A DNA stretch of 64,000 nt, taken from Raillietiella orientalis (Eukaryota). Below are positions 12,010 through 23,974 of this stretch, piece by piece (the stretch's first letter is position 1; every line of letters starts with the position of its first letter). The notes below the pieces were generated by a model that was not told the origin of the DNA, ran no database searches, and was given only the letters and a program-made list of their open reading frames with translations. Location: contig JAYWIR010000055.1 in NCBI GenBank assembly GCA_036172245.1, positions 186,001 to 250,000 of the forward strand, given 5' to 3'. A program made the translations under genes and the position numbers.

Positions 12010-13130
12010 CACGGCGCGGGCGGACACCGGCACGGGGCACCCCTCTCGACGGAGGTCGTCGGCGGGGCACGCATCCCTCGGTGTCACCAGCAGCGCTGAT
12101 CTGGAAAACACCAAAGGAAACCGGAAGCTTCCCGCTTCGCGTCTGCAACGCAGATGCGGGTGTTCAATTGCCTCAGAGACGGGGCTTCCCCCCTCCCTTC
12201 GGCGCGGAACCTCCCGGAACCCTTTCCGGAGGAGAGCCTTCCCCCGGCCTTGAGACGAGTCCCTCCGTTCCCTCCCCCTCCCTTTCTCGGCGAGGAATAC
12301 GCGCCCTGCCGGCCCTACGCTTCCCCTCCGGGAGGCAAGGAGAGGTAACAGTGACCACCGCAGCCGGACGGGGGGTGGGGAGAGCATCCCCAGCCGTTGC
12401 CTCCCTGATCCGAGGGATCTAGAGGAGAAACGGATCGCTCTCGCGGTCTCTCATCAGGTACCAGGGCGGAACGGGGGCGAAGATCCCGTAAAGGGGCCCC
12501 GACGGAACACCTCCCCACTACTCCTAACGCGGCCGTCAAGGGCGAGCGCGATCTCCTCTGATCGCGTGCAGCCGGGGAGGAGCTGTGCAGGAAGACCCCC
12601 TCCTTCAGCGCTTTGCCCTCCGGCGGGAGCGCTGCGGGAGGATGGGGAGGAACAAAGCCTTGGAAGAGGCGACGGCGCGCCGGTGGGCGGGCCCATCCCG
12701 CTGCGGTCGTGGCGGGCTGCACCCCGCGGGTCCTCTTATTACCGCGGGTCCTTTTGCGGTCGATTCATGCTCATCCGGGGGCCGTGTCCTGGAAGACAAC
12801 CTACGAGAGCGGGCCCGTCGAAGGGGCGGAGGAAGAAAAGGGATGACGGTCCGCGTTCGCCCCCGCCCCCCCCCCCTACTTCTTTTCACGGCTTCCGCGT
12901 CCCACTCGCGCCCACAACTCCTCGGGTCTTCTCGCCCCGAGGGGTGGCGTGGGCCGTGGACAGCGACGGGACACAGGAGACAGGCGTGACGGGAAGGAGG
13001 GCCTTTGAGTGTCTCTCCCCCCTCCTCGAGGCATTTTTTCCTCCTGCGGAAGATCCACGGGACCAGCAATTCCAGCTGCCTTCTGGCCACAGATCACTTC
13101 CCGCGTTCCAAAGTCGGGAAGCGAGGGAAG

Positions 13131-13230
13131 GGCTTATATATTTTACTTTAATGTGTATTGGAGGATGTGATTGGGTAAGAGATGGTTTATTAGTTTGGAA
13201 GTTTGGATTGATGTTTATTTGGAGTTTATC
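13131..13230 (+). other. Short AT/GT-rich island, possible mitochondrial insertion (ND1-like NUMT)
   Basis: Abrupt T/G-rich, C-poor 100 bp inside GC-rich DNA. In the invertebrate mitochondrial code it reads GLMYFTLMCIGGCDWVSDGLLVWKFGLMFIWSL, reminiscent of the ND1 C-terminal GG...FIW region. Confidence 0.35.
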
Positions 13231-13649
13231 CGGAGTTTCCAGGTCCCGCCCCTTATGAGGCACCATCCTCACGTCCGCTGTCCCAGATGCGGCGATGTTC
13301 TCCGGCACGGGCGCTCCCTGAGGAGAGACAGGGGAGAGGCACGGCGCTTGGGACGTGGACCGCCGCGGGCCCATCATCCGATCCCACCCAGTCTCCTCGC
13401 CACACGACAGCAAGCTGTGCGCTTGGATTCCGCGGGCTCCATCGGTGCGCGACCCCTTTTCACCAGGGGGAACGGGATGCGGGGTCGTGCTTCGGCCAGC
13501 GCCCTCAGGAGGAAGAGGGACCGGGAACTAACGGCCCCTCCTCCTTCCTTTTAGACCCCCTAGGTCAGAGCCAACTCTTCCCGTTCCCCTTCCCATCTGC
13601 TGCTGGAGTCTGCTGCGTTCTTCCACCCCTCTCTCCTCCCTACGAAGCC

Positions 13650-15050
13650 GAAGGACCAAGGGAGCCACCGACCCTCGTCGGAGGCCTTACCAGTCCAGAG
13701 GGAGGGAAGAGGACGGAAACCTGGAGACAGAAGGAAATTGCAGGGGGGGGGGAGCATTCAGCGCCTTGGTGCTCCCTCGCCCGCAAGCGTTTCAGTGACC
13801 CTCCCCGAGGAAGCGGAGGATTCCCCCTCCCCTTTGCGCGACGCCTCCGTCAGGAGAGCAACGCCTGGGAAGTGAGGACAGGGAGGCAAGGAGGGAGAGG
13901 AAGCATCGCCCCCGCTCCCCGGGGAGATGACCCTTCCCGGCTTGATCTCCGGGTGACATCGGGGTCGGACCGCGGCCCACTGCTTCCCTCTCTTCCACCG
14001 TCATCCCCGGCTATCCTCCCGATTCCGCTCTCCTTCGGGAGAAGGCAAGTCTGCACAGAGAGCTTCGGCGTTCGTTTCCTGGACTTCTGCAGAGCGGCGC
14101 TTCTTCCTGGCGGCTCTCGGGCAGTGTGGCATGAGCTACCGGTAGCCTTCCGGGAGGACCCTTGGAAGGGCTACAGTCCCTTTCCGTCTCGGAACCCGAG
14201 GCCCACCGTTCCTCGGGTTCTTCTGTCTGCCAGAGGAAGGAGGAGGGAGGAGTGGAAGGACCATCAACTCCAGAGATTTCGGGGGCAGCCACGCACAGAA
14301 CCCTTGGTGGGCGCGATCCGAGAGGGGAAGAGGGCTCTCCGCTCGATCTGGACAGCGTCCTGGGAGAAACTCTTTTTTTCCGCTCAAGCTGGCAGTCTCC
14401 ACCCCCTAGGAAGGTACCAGCAGAGTAAATGCCGGGGATCCCCCAGGGACAACGCCAGTGCACCATCCGCAGCGGGGTCGTCGTCTTTTCCACCCCGCGC
14501 AGAAGGCAGGCAAGCCCCCTTTGTTCGCCCCAGACGACATGAGCGGCGGCGGATGTCGCGCTACCGGAAAGCTGGCCAAGTTTCTGGAACGTGTCCCGTC
14601 CCCTTGGGGAAAAAGCTCAGGCCAAACCACAGTGCCCGCCTGCGTTTGCAAAGCAGCCGCTGCCGCGTCGCCCCGAGCAATGACAGTCCTCTTCCGCGCC
14701 GTTCGGCACCCTGGAACATCACCTCGAACACCATCACATCGCTCAAGAGCTCGCCCTTCCAGGCTTCCTGCCTTCGGACGCGTCGCAACCTGCGCCCTCT
14801 CATCCGCGCGCCTTCTTTAGCCCTCCCAACGCTTCACGGCGCCCTCGAATGGGAACGTGTCGAGACCTACGGATCCGTTGCGGCCGCGAAAAAACGTTAT
14901 TTTCTGAGCAACAAGTTGCCGCTTCCTGCTTCTAATCTTTACACGCCCTTCTTCTGGATATCTCGGATTTGTTTTGCTTTTGAGCAAAATTGGATTACGG
15001 AACTCAGCTCGAAGTTGAACGCTTTCTTATTTTTTTCTTTCCCCAATTCA
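13650..15050 (+). mobile_element. Decayed CR1/L2/Jockey-type non-LTR retrotransposon remnant
   Basis: Remnants in different frames: PRGDDPSRLDLRVT (endonuclease-like), GKSSGQTTVPACVCKAAA...MTVLF...GTSP and NLRPLIRAPSL (RT N-terminal motifs), LLDIS near 14950. Confidence 0.55.
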
Positions 15051-15649
15051 CTATTAGGATGCAGACTACGATGCCTCCAGAGGGTAGGACTTTTTCCCCC
15101 TCTTCCTGAGGAAGAAACAAAAGCGAACGGAGGGACCGATAGGTCAGCTGGTGACCCTGCATCGAAGCACGAGGTGGCGGGAATCGCCTGCACGCACGAG
15201 CGGTTCACGCCATGCGCTGAAGCGAAAATTAGCCTATGAGCCCGAGCCCGTGCTCATTGTTGGCAGCCATTTTGCCCTTTTTGCGCACTTTGCGCTGTGT
15301 TCATTTTGCTGAGAGCTGGTCCAGGTGCACGGTCCAGGTGCAGATCATCCGCTCATAAGCGGCGGAAAGGGGTTCCTGCAGGGAAACGGGGAGAAAGCAG
15401 CTCTCCTCCTCCTCCCTCCTTCCCCAGAAAATGACAGACTTTCACCTGAAACGGCTATCATTGCGAGTTTCTGATTAGAGTGCTACTCCATATGAAGATT
15501 TTGGCAACCCGAAAAGTCGAGCAAACTAACGAGTTTGAAAAGTGCTCTACCTCGGTGAAAGCTTGTGTCCCTTCCCAGGCTGTGTGTGTGTTTTTTTCTT
15601 GCTGGTTGCCCCCGCGTAGGTACAAAGATTGTTCTATTCGGTGACCCTT

Positions 15650-17650
15650 TTGATTCGCACGTCACTAGGAACTCTCAAGAGCCTAGAGGTTCCCGATCTG
15701 CGGGGAATTATATCTGAAGGTCGAGGTGGTTAGTCTTCCAGGATCGTCCTTTCGAAGATCAGGAATGATTAAGAGGATCGTGAGTCCCGAAGCCTGGTCG
15801 AGGGAGGAAGCTCCCAGCGTAGAATCTGCTTGAGTATGGCAAAAAGCGGAGAGCTACGCATCAAAAATGAGTGAACCAGTCCACCTTTCCCTCCTCCTTT
15901 CTAGAAAAAAGAAATGGGTTTTTCTTCTCTTTGAGCAGTGAACTCGAAATCTTTTTAAATTTGGCTAGATCAGTGTCTCGAACCAGGTGCGGTGGGATCA
16001 GTCCCTGTGATGGCGCGAGCTCCGGGCTCATCCTCAGAGCTGCTCTCATCCCTCCCAAGGGAGAATCTCTTAGCAGAAATAATCCAAAAGGTTTCCCATC
16101 CCGAGCGTGGAAAGTGTCGAGGGATGCGAAGACAAGGAGCGCTTCGAGTTTTCGAGGTTGATCCTCTCCGCTTGGTCCACCTTCCCAGAACTCGGCGTGT
16201 ATCCACGGGAGAGCTCATTGCCACGCTCTTTGCCTTCTCTCGCTCTTTCTCCTCCACTCTCACTCTCACTCTCAGGAGTCCTACTTACTGTTCCTTCAAA
16301 GAGGTTTCTTTTCCAGGCTTCAGGAGGAAGAAGAAACCGGAGGATCAAGAAGCTTGGAACTTCACTTCCAGTGAAATGGCACAGAGAACATTTCCTCGGG
16401 CCGATCCCTCTCGGACGCACAGGAACTCTCGCAGGCCGACGAGCCGCACGAACGGATGTGCAGCGAGGCAGCCTCACTCACTTCCAAACGTCCTGCATCC
16501 GGCATGATCAGTCCCAGGCGCGTGTGCGACCACACTCCGCCATCGGAAAAGGAGAGAGGGATTTCTACTTGTGTACTTTTTGGGCTTTCCTCGCAAGCGA
16601 AGAAGGTTCGCCAGTGCTTCGGAGGATGGGATTCCTCCCGTTGATCTTCTTCCTCCAGCACCCAGACGGTACTCTCGGATCATGGCCCCCTCTGCGGAAG
16701 GTGTTCTCCGGGAGGACTTTCCGAGGAAAGTGGGATTCGAGGCCTACAAGAATGCCTTCTGGCTGGAAAACCCTCTCTTCTCTCCTTGCTCGAGCGGGAG
16801 GAGTTCAAATCTCCTACCGGAGGAATGGGAAAATCCGAAAAGAAGGAAAGGAAGCGTGAAAGAGACAGAGGTGCCAGCTGTTCCCGCAATCATCCTGAGA
16901 CGGACGATTTGGCGTAGGGGGTCGTGGACTTTGTTACGTCAGTGGTGGACCCGGAAGACGGAGCTAGGTCGGCTCGTCTCTCACCGGCTGTCTCCTCGCC
17001 CTCGGTCCTGGGGGAGAGAAAAGTCCCCTTGAAGAGCACATGAAGGAAGCAAGGGGGGATGTGCTGGTTGTCCTCCTCTGAGAGCTTTCCTGCTTCTGGT
17101 TTCCTGCAAGGGCGGCCTCCAGCAGTTCCTGGAAAAGCAGGGGAGGAAAAACCGCTCCCTTTCGTCTTCAAGGAAGCGCTTGCTGCAGAAGCGGCGAAGA
17201 TGCGGGAGAGAGAAGCACGTCCATTCCTGTGCTGCTCTGTGCCTATTGGTTTCCCTACCGCACGATTCTCTGTTCCTGGCTGCTGAACCTGGGCGCCCTT
17301 GCCTGGTCGGTCAGACGTGTGGCACCTCTTCCCCGGTAGAGGGGCTATCCAGAGTCTCTGTCCAGGACTTTCTTCGAAAATTCAGCTCACTTTTCCTCTC
17401 ATCCCACCTTCACCTCCTAAGAAAGCTGTCCTCAAAGTTGGTCGATTATGGTCTTCGATTCCAGCACAGGCTGCCGGGTTCAAATGCCACCTCGTCTGTC
17501 CATAGGGACGGCGGACGGTCCGCTCTCTGTGGACCTGGAAACTGGGGAGACGTCTTCTCACCGCAAGATCGCCTTTCCAGGAGGCACAAGGATCCCAATG
17601 AGGATGTTCGAGAGGGTCTGGGCAGCATAGAAATGCCTATTCTCTTCCTA
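15650..17650 (-). mobile_element. Very old non-LTR retrotransposon remnant (putative)
   Basis: VGDLNS (AP-endonuclease GDFN-like) near 16810 and a weak APSQGLIPPHLVR (RT-start-like) near 16000, in the expected order; many stops. Confidence 0.3.
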
Positions 17651-19696
17651 GAAAGGATGAGAGGATAAGGAAAGGAAAGGAGGGACTTCCTAAGGAATCG
17701 CCAGGGGCGCCGAGTAAGCGAGGGAGTCTATCACTGCCCGTGCTTGAAAGCACGCGTGTGGCGACGCTGCGTACAGGATCCGTGAGCAAGGAGAGGTGAG
17801 GGCGGCAGCAAGAGCGCCTGCAGCACGAGAGCGCACCTTGCATCCCGCGGAGGTTGCTGAGAGTGGTACACGCCTTCCCCCCTTCCCCCCCCCCCCCCCC
17901 CCCCACTGGAGCGTTGCTCTCTGCAACGGAAGGTTGTGGTCTGTACGTTGCGCACAGACCTCCAGAGCGAGGGCGGGCAGGGGTCTCAGTCCCAATGGCC
18001 AGTGGGTGCTCCTCCTCTCTGTCCTCCTTCCTCGCCCTTTTAAACTCGGCCCTTCCAAAATCCCGAACACGTCACTGCCAATGAGGAGAGGCGCTCCACG
18101 CTAGAGTGTTTGTGTCCATTCCCCGGAGACGGTCTCTTCATTGAGGAATCTTATCCTGCTGGAGAAAAGCCGGAGGAAAGGTTGGGCCGCGGCGGAGCAC
18201 CTCCCAGGCAGTCGACAGCGGTTGACCAAGAGACCGTGATCTTCCCCCGGAGGCAGGTTAGATGCGAGCGGCAGTTCTTTCCTCAAAAGGACGCCTCCTG
18301 CTCTGTGAAGCGGTCTGATTGTTCGTTAGGAAGAGGGCCTCTGCCTTGAGCTGGCCCCACTTCCGGTTCTCTTCTGCAGGAGCGAGGTTTCCTTTCTCCC
18401 TTCCGCGAGCTCCCCCACTAGCCTCCGGCCCGCAGGCCAGGGGGCAAGGAATGAGGAGGCATCGCTCCGAGCGTGCTCCCCTTCCCCACCCAAAGGAAGA
18501 AGGGGTCAGGCTCCACGGATTCCGGGAGAAGTCTGGAGGGGGATCTCGGGATGCAGGGGAAAGCGATGGGTGCATTACAGAGGATCCAGCATCCCTTGGC
18601 ATCTCTCTGGTGGCGGAGAATGCCGCCCACTCGTGAAGTGCGCGCCATTCCTGCCCTCATTTCCGTGTGTGGGTGTGTGTTTTCTTCTCTGTTTCCCCTT
18701 CCTCCACCCCTCCCTTTCTCCCGGATGCAGAGGCGCGACGCCCCGAGGCGGCACGCACGGAGGAGCCTCCGACTCCTCATCATTCCTCCGGGAGCCGTCC
18801 TAATCCCGGCTCCCCGGGACGCAGAGCGCGGGTGCGGGGGGGATGCGAATCTCCGTGGGAGATGCGGGAGCTGAAGGGATGCTGCGCTCGGATTCTCCTA
18901 TCTTCATCCCGTAGTTAGGCGTCTGGAGCCGTCGGAGCAGAAGATCCGGGAGCTCCTGGCACGAGGGGGGACCGTAGCGCCCCCTCAGACGTTTTTCCGA
19001 AGGGGCCGCCGCCCCTGGAGACCAGAGATGCGATTCCGCAGCATCCCATGCTCCGATAGCTTCCTCGGCGCTGCCCGAGCAGTGGCGGCGCCACGCTCCA
19101 GCGCGCAGGCGCCGTTTCCGGGGAAACGCATCGTCGACGCCTTGTGTTCGAATTCCTGGAGGCTTCCGGGGAAGCGGGGAGAATGGGGGGAGGGAAGGTG
19201 GTAGTTCATTCGAGGGGATTGGCTCGGACGGGAGTTCGCTGCGACTCCTCGCGTCCGGCTGGATGGGCGCGCCTTATGCTTCCCACCTTCCGCGGCGGCC
19301 GTCGTCGGAAAGCAGCGGCAGCCCCTTGCGTTGCCAGGTAACGCATGATTACCGCGGGCCTGTCGCTCGCGGGGCACATCATCCGAGGCCGGCTATGACA
19401 CGCGCTCCGGTCGGGTCCCTGGAGCACTTCCTGGGGAGGAATGAGCGCCACTCCTCCCCCCTTCGACGCTCCCCTTCTGCACGCCCTCTCGTGCAACTTT
19501 ATCCCAATCTTGCCCTCGGCAGGTCCCTGCTCAGGAAAGTCTCCTCGAGAGCTGGTCGGACGCAATCAGGGCCGCGCGCTCCTGCTGCGCCCTGGGAGCT
19601 CGGAGCAGGGAGAGGCAGGGAGGAGGGGGGGTCGGACGGGAGCGGCGGCAACAGAGGGGCGTCTCCAAGGCTACGTCCCTCCAACACCACGCGGGA

Positions 19697-20302
19697 ATGC
19701 GCTCCATGGACCTGCTGAAGGAAGCGGCGCAGGCGGACGAGGAGGCGGCTGCGGAGGACGCCATCAGGAGCGCCTTCCTGCTGTCCGTGGACTATCTGCA
19801 CCTCTTCATGGAGTGGATGATGGCACTGTCATCGGTGGCTTTCTGCTACTGCGTGTGCCTGCTGTTACTGGCCAGGGAGAGTCCAGTGAGTGCCTGCCCG
19901 GACAGGGGCGCTCCCACCTCCTCCTGCTTCCTCCTTTCGTAGCTGCAGGACCCCTTCCACACGCCCTCCGGGACGGAGGTGCGTTACCGGGACGACGTGG
20001 TTCGGACGCTGCAGCGAGGGACACCCTCCTTCGAGCCGACGGTGGTCGAGTTCGAGCAGGAGGTCCACCGGCAGCGGGTGTACGGGACCGGCACGGAGGA
20101 CATCCTCGTCCTGGTCGGCGAGAGCTCATTCGGGCGCCTCAACCGCCCCTTCCTGACGTCTAGCAAGAGGATCGCTCGCAGGATTGCCCTGGACACGGAG
20201 AAGGTGCCCGGCGTCTCTGGGCTCATGGAGAAGCACCCATCCTTCACGCGCTGCTGCTCCGGCAAGGAAGAGGCCCCCGAGGACGACGGCAGTTACGTGT
20301 GA
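19697..20302 (+). CDS. Two-exon orphan gene, about 180 aa single-pass membrane protein (exons 19697-19885 and 19943-20302)
   Basis: A phase-0 57-nt intron gtgagt...ctttcgtag joins MDLLKEAAQADEE...LFMEWMMALSSVAFCYCVCLLLLARESP in frame to LQDPFHTPSGTEVRYRDDVV...DDGSYV*. Strong GC3 codon bias. No family recognised. Confidence 0.6.
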
Positions 20303-21344
20303 AGGGCCGGTCCCCACAACCCCGGGGAGGAAGAGGAATACAAGCTCGGCTTCGTGAGTGCCGCAGGGAAAAAGCGTCCAGGGAGGAGGCAGCGGGCTGA
20401 GGGAAGGGTGGAACCCGCCGACGGCCCACAAGGAGCGAAGGGCTTACCTCCTAAGGGACTGACCCCGAGGCTCCGTGGAAGGGCCCGCCTCTCTTCGTTC
20501 CCTGCTCTCTCCGCGCTCGACCAGCAGACCCTCACGGGGTCAGGGAACCCCTTGATCCGGAGAGGAGGGTGGGTGCAGCTCATTGGTCGCCGCGCGCGGA
20601 TCCTCGCACCGGGATGTACAGAGACTCCGCGAGGACCAGGAATCTCCTGAAGAGAGCCTGCTCGGGATGTTTCGGCCGCCTTTCGTCCGAAATGAGGGGG
20701 AAAGGAAGGGGAGGCGTGGCCCTCCCCGCTCCCCTCTCTACCCTCACAAAGGGGAAGAGCCTGGAACTCCTGGATTGGTCGGTTACTTTCCTCCCCTTTC
20801 GGCTCCCGGAAAGATGCGCTCCTGGAAAGTCCTTGGTCTCCCCAGGAGCCCGGTCCCTTGCTCGTCCCCTCGAGTAGTGCCCGCGAACCCTCGAGAACGC
20901 TTCCTTAGCTTCCTGGAGCAGTTTTTCAGGCGGCCCTCTTTTCGGCCAGGAGGAATGGAAGTGAGGATGGTGCCCCAAGGGAAGTGTATTCGGACTTTGT
21001 GCCCTCTGGGTATTCCCTGAGCGGCTTGCAGCGCCTCTCCTCTCCCGCGCCACCTCCCTTGTCGGCGAGAGCATCCGCCAGTGCTCGCCCACGACTCCTT
21101 AGCTTCCGGGGAGCGTTGAGCGCCCACATGAGGGTGAATGACAGGGTCTGAAGGAATCGAGGGGGTGAGGGGCCCACCGACGGTGGCTCGACTCCCCTGC
21201 CGCCGTCGCACCTTGGGCAGGCGTGACGTTGCCTTGACGGCGACGGATTGTCCCAGAGCAGGCGAGCGAGGCTCGCGCGCAAGGAGGCTGAGGGGCGTCT
21301 CGAAGAAGCGGCCGGGACCGCAAGTGCATCCAGGGTAACGTCTG

Positions 21345-21350
21345 TTTATT
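21345..21350 (-). promoter_or_regulatory. Polyadenylation signal candidate for AstA-R paralogue 2
   Basis: AATAAA on the minus strand about 62 nt after the stop codon, in otherwise GC-rich DNA. Confidence 0.5.
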
Positions 21351-21412
21351 CGCGGGCTCCCCCAAAAGGGTATCGGCGGCGCCCTCCGAAAGAACCGCGG
21401 GCCGCCTCGGAC

Positions 21413-22681
21413 CTATTTGGTCCTCTCCCGCTGCAGGTTTTCGGTCGGTTGCTCCCAGTCCCTGCCGTCGTGCTGGCTGGCGGCCGCCTCGAGGGCCGGG
21501 TTGCTGTTGGCTGTTCCGGGGTGGTGCGCGTGGACCCACCGGCAGGAGACGGCGTCCTTGAAGGCGTCCTTGAAGTTCTCCGAGAGGAACGCATAGAGGA
21601 TGGGGTTCACGCAGGAATTGGAGTAGGCCAGGCTCTGAGCGGATATCTGGAGGATGACCCGGAAATAGCTGTCGCTGCGGAAGACGCCGAAGCTCTTCAG
21701 CAGCAGGAGCAGCTGGATGGGCAGCCAGCAGGCCGCGAAGATCGCCATGACGATGACGACCATGGTGGAGACCCTCCTCCTCTTGCGGGCGCCGTCCCTT
21801 GCCTGCCGACCCGGGTGACGTCCGGACAGGCTCCAGAGTCTGCGTATGATCTTCAGGTACAGGCAGACGGTCACCGCCAAGGGTAGAAAGTAGGAGGTCA
21901 CGAAGAAGGCCGTCTGGAAGGCTGGGTAGCTGTGCTCCTCCGACAGGAACTGGCAGGCCCTCTTCAGCGTGCCCGCGACCGGGTCAGCGGTCGGTGCCAC
22001 CCCGTAGACGAGGAAGGCAGGGGTGCAGAGCATGGCGAAGACAACCCAGGTCAGCAGGGAGGCTGTGCCGGCGTTCCTGGGCGTCCTCAGGGAGATCGCC
22101 CCCACAGGGTGGACCACGGCCAGGAACCGGTCCAGGGACATCAGGACCAGGGTGTAGATGCTGGTGTACGCGGCGACATGGATGCAGTACTGAACGACCT
22201 TACACCAGATGTCGCCGAAGCGCCAGTCGTCGCCCGTGAGGTAGGTCAGCCCCGTGGGCGGCACACAGAAGACGATAAAGAGCAGGTCGGAGACGGCCAG
22301 GTTGAGGACCAGAGTGCCGGTCGTTCCGCGCGACGACCTCCGGCCGTGGAGGACGACTGCCATCACCAGAGCGTTGCCCGCCGCCCCCAGCACGAAGAGC
22401 GCTCCGAAGAGGACGGGCACGGCCACCGACACGAGAGCCCACACATCCTCCAGGACGAGAGGGCCGCGCTCGTGCCCACCGCACACCGACAGAAAGAGGA
22501 AGCGCTCGCAGAGCAGCGCCCGTGCCTTCTCCGGGGTCAGTTCTTCCGCGCTAGCAGCGGCCTTCCCGCGCAGCAGCTCCGCGCTGACCCGTTCCAGGAG
22601 CGCCAGATCTTCCTCAGCCCGACCGGCTGCCGAGGCCTCCAGCCGCCAGCCGCTGGCGTTCAGCGCCGCAGCGGGGGCCAT
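21413..22681 (-). CDS. AstA-R: Allatostatin-A receptor-like class A GPCR, intronless CDS, paralogue 2
   Basis: GNALV, WRFGDIWCKVVQYCIHVAAYTSIYTLVLMSLDRFLAVVHP, CWLPIQ, LAYSNSCVNPILYAFLSENFK. Likely start MAPAAALNAS at 22681; splice acceptor cttccag at 22787. Confidence 0.94.
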   Translation of the reverse strand: MAPAAALNASGWRLEASAAGRAEEDLALLERVSAELLRGKAAASAEELTPEKARALLCERFLFLSVCGGHERGPLVLEDVWALVSVAVPVLFGALFVLGAAGNALVMAVVLHGRRSSRGTTGTLVLNLAVSDLLFIVFCVPPTGLTYLTGDDWRFGDIWCKVVQYCIHVAAYTSIYTLVLMSLDRFLAVVHPVGAISLRTPRNAGTASLLTWVVFAMLCTPAFLVYGVAPTADPVAGTLKRACQFLSEEHSYPAFQTAFFVTSYFLPLAVTVCLYLKIIRRLWSLSGRHPGRQARDGARKRRRVSTMVVIVMAIFAACWLPIQLLLLLKSFGVFRSDSYFRVILQISAQSLAYSNSCVNPILYAFLSENFKDAFKDAVSCRWVHAHHPGTANSNPALEAAASQHDGRDWEQPTENLQRERTK

Positions 22682-23974
22682 GGGCGCCAGCAAGGAGCGC
22701 GGGCAACGAGAGAAGCTGCACGAGGACAGGTTCCTCCTCCCGGGAGCGCTCGGATGCGGCTCCGAGGTATGCGGGGCGCACGCCACCTGGAAGACAGCGG
22801 CAGGTTGGGGGCAGAAACTGTGCGCGGGTGCCTCCACCGCGCCCACATTGGATGGCAATGGTCTATCCCCTCCCCCTCGCTCATTCGAAGAGACCAGGAA
22901 AGCCGCGAGCTCCAGGGAGATGCCGGAGATCCTCTTCCCACCCATCCCGAAGGATGAGCGGAGGGATGCAGAAAAGGGAGAAGACCCTTCAAGGAACGCG
23001 TCTCAGGAACGAGCCTCCTCTCCCGTCCCGTTCGTCCTCCCGGAAACGATAGGGAACGGGTCTGGGAAAAAGGTAGAGGGTCCTGGAGCGCGTCCCGAAG
23101 TCCCACGAGGCTCTCCCGAGTGCGAGGTGACAGTCCCCCTCTTCCCTCAGAATCCATCTTTCCCTTACCTGAGGGGCAGCTCAGCCGACGGCGGGAAATC
23201 CGGGAAGGAGGAGTCGCCGCAGCACGGGAGAACGCATCCTACTCCAGGGAGTTCCTGCCTCATCCTGGCGGGAGGCACGTCGCACGTCCTGCGGCCTCCA
23301 TCCGTGGGACGGGCGACACGCGTCCTCCCGAAATTGCGCGCGCTGTGTCCGAGTATCCGGGAGCGATGCCGGCGGAGGGAGAGACGGGACGAGCACTGCG
23401 AGGCGGCGAGCCGTCGAACCGGCGGGACGAGCGCGCGCGGCGGAGGCTCCCGAGACAGGGGAGGGACGGAGGAGGAAGCACGGGAAAAAAGGGACTTTAT
23501 GGAGTGGAGTCCCTTCAGGACCCCGGACAAGGCACCTCTTCTGCTCTGGGGAAGCAGACCGCTTGAAGGGGTCCCCCGAGAGTCCCTTGCGCAGAACGTC
23601 ACCTCCGAGACCAACCAGAAGTGCCGAAGACAGAGTCGAGAGAAAGAGAAGGGGCCGGGGGATTCTATCCATCCTTCGGTGACTCTGGAGCCGGCCTTCC
23701 CCAGGAGGGGTAGGGGGAGGGTCACTCTGCAGTTAGCCATCGAGGAGGATCCCCAAGAATGCCTCAAGTGGTCCGCCTGGCTCCCAAAGCGCCTCCGCGG
23801 GGCCGCCCTCGAGGCACCCTGGAGGGGGAAAGGCAGCAAGGCCCTGTCCACAATGTTAGCGGAAGGGCGAGGGGTAACGCATCTTTGGCGGAAGCAAGCG
23901 TGGATCTGGAGTTGCCGCTGCCATGAGGATGCGGCAGCACCAGGGTCAGGGATCTATCTTTTCTGTTTTCCTTC

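Noticed and set aside
13287..15239. 650-codon open frame
   Set aside because: Low-complexity R/P/G/S composition expected from GC-rich DNA; it passes through decayed LINE motifs that lie in different frames.
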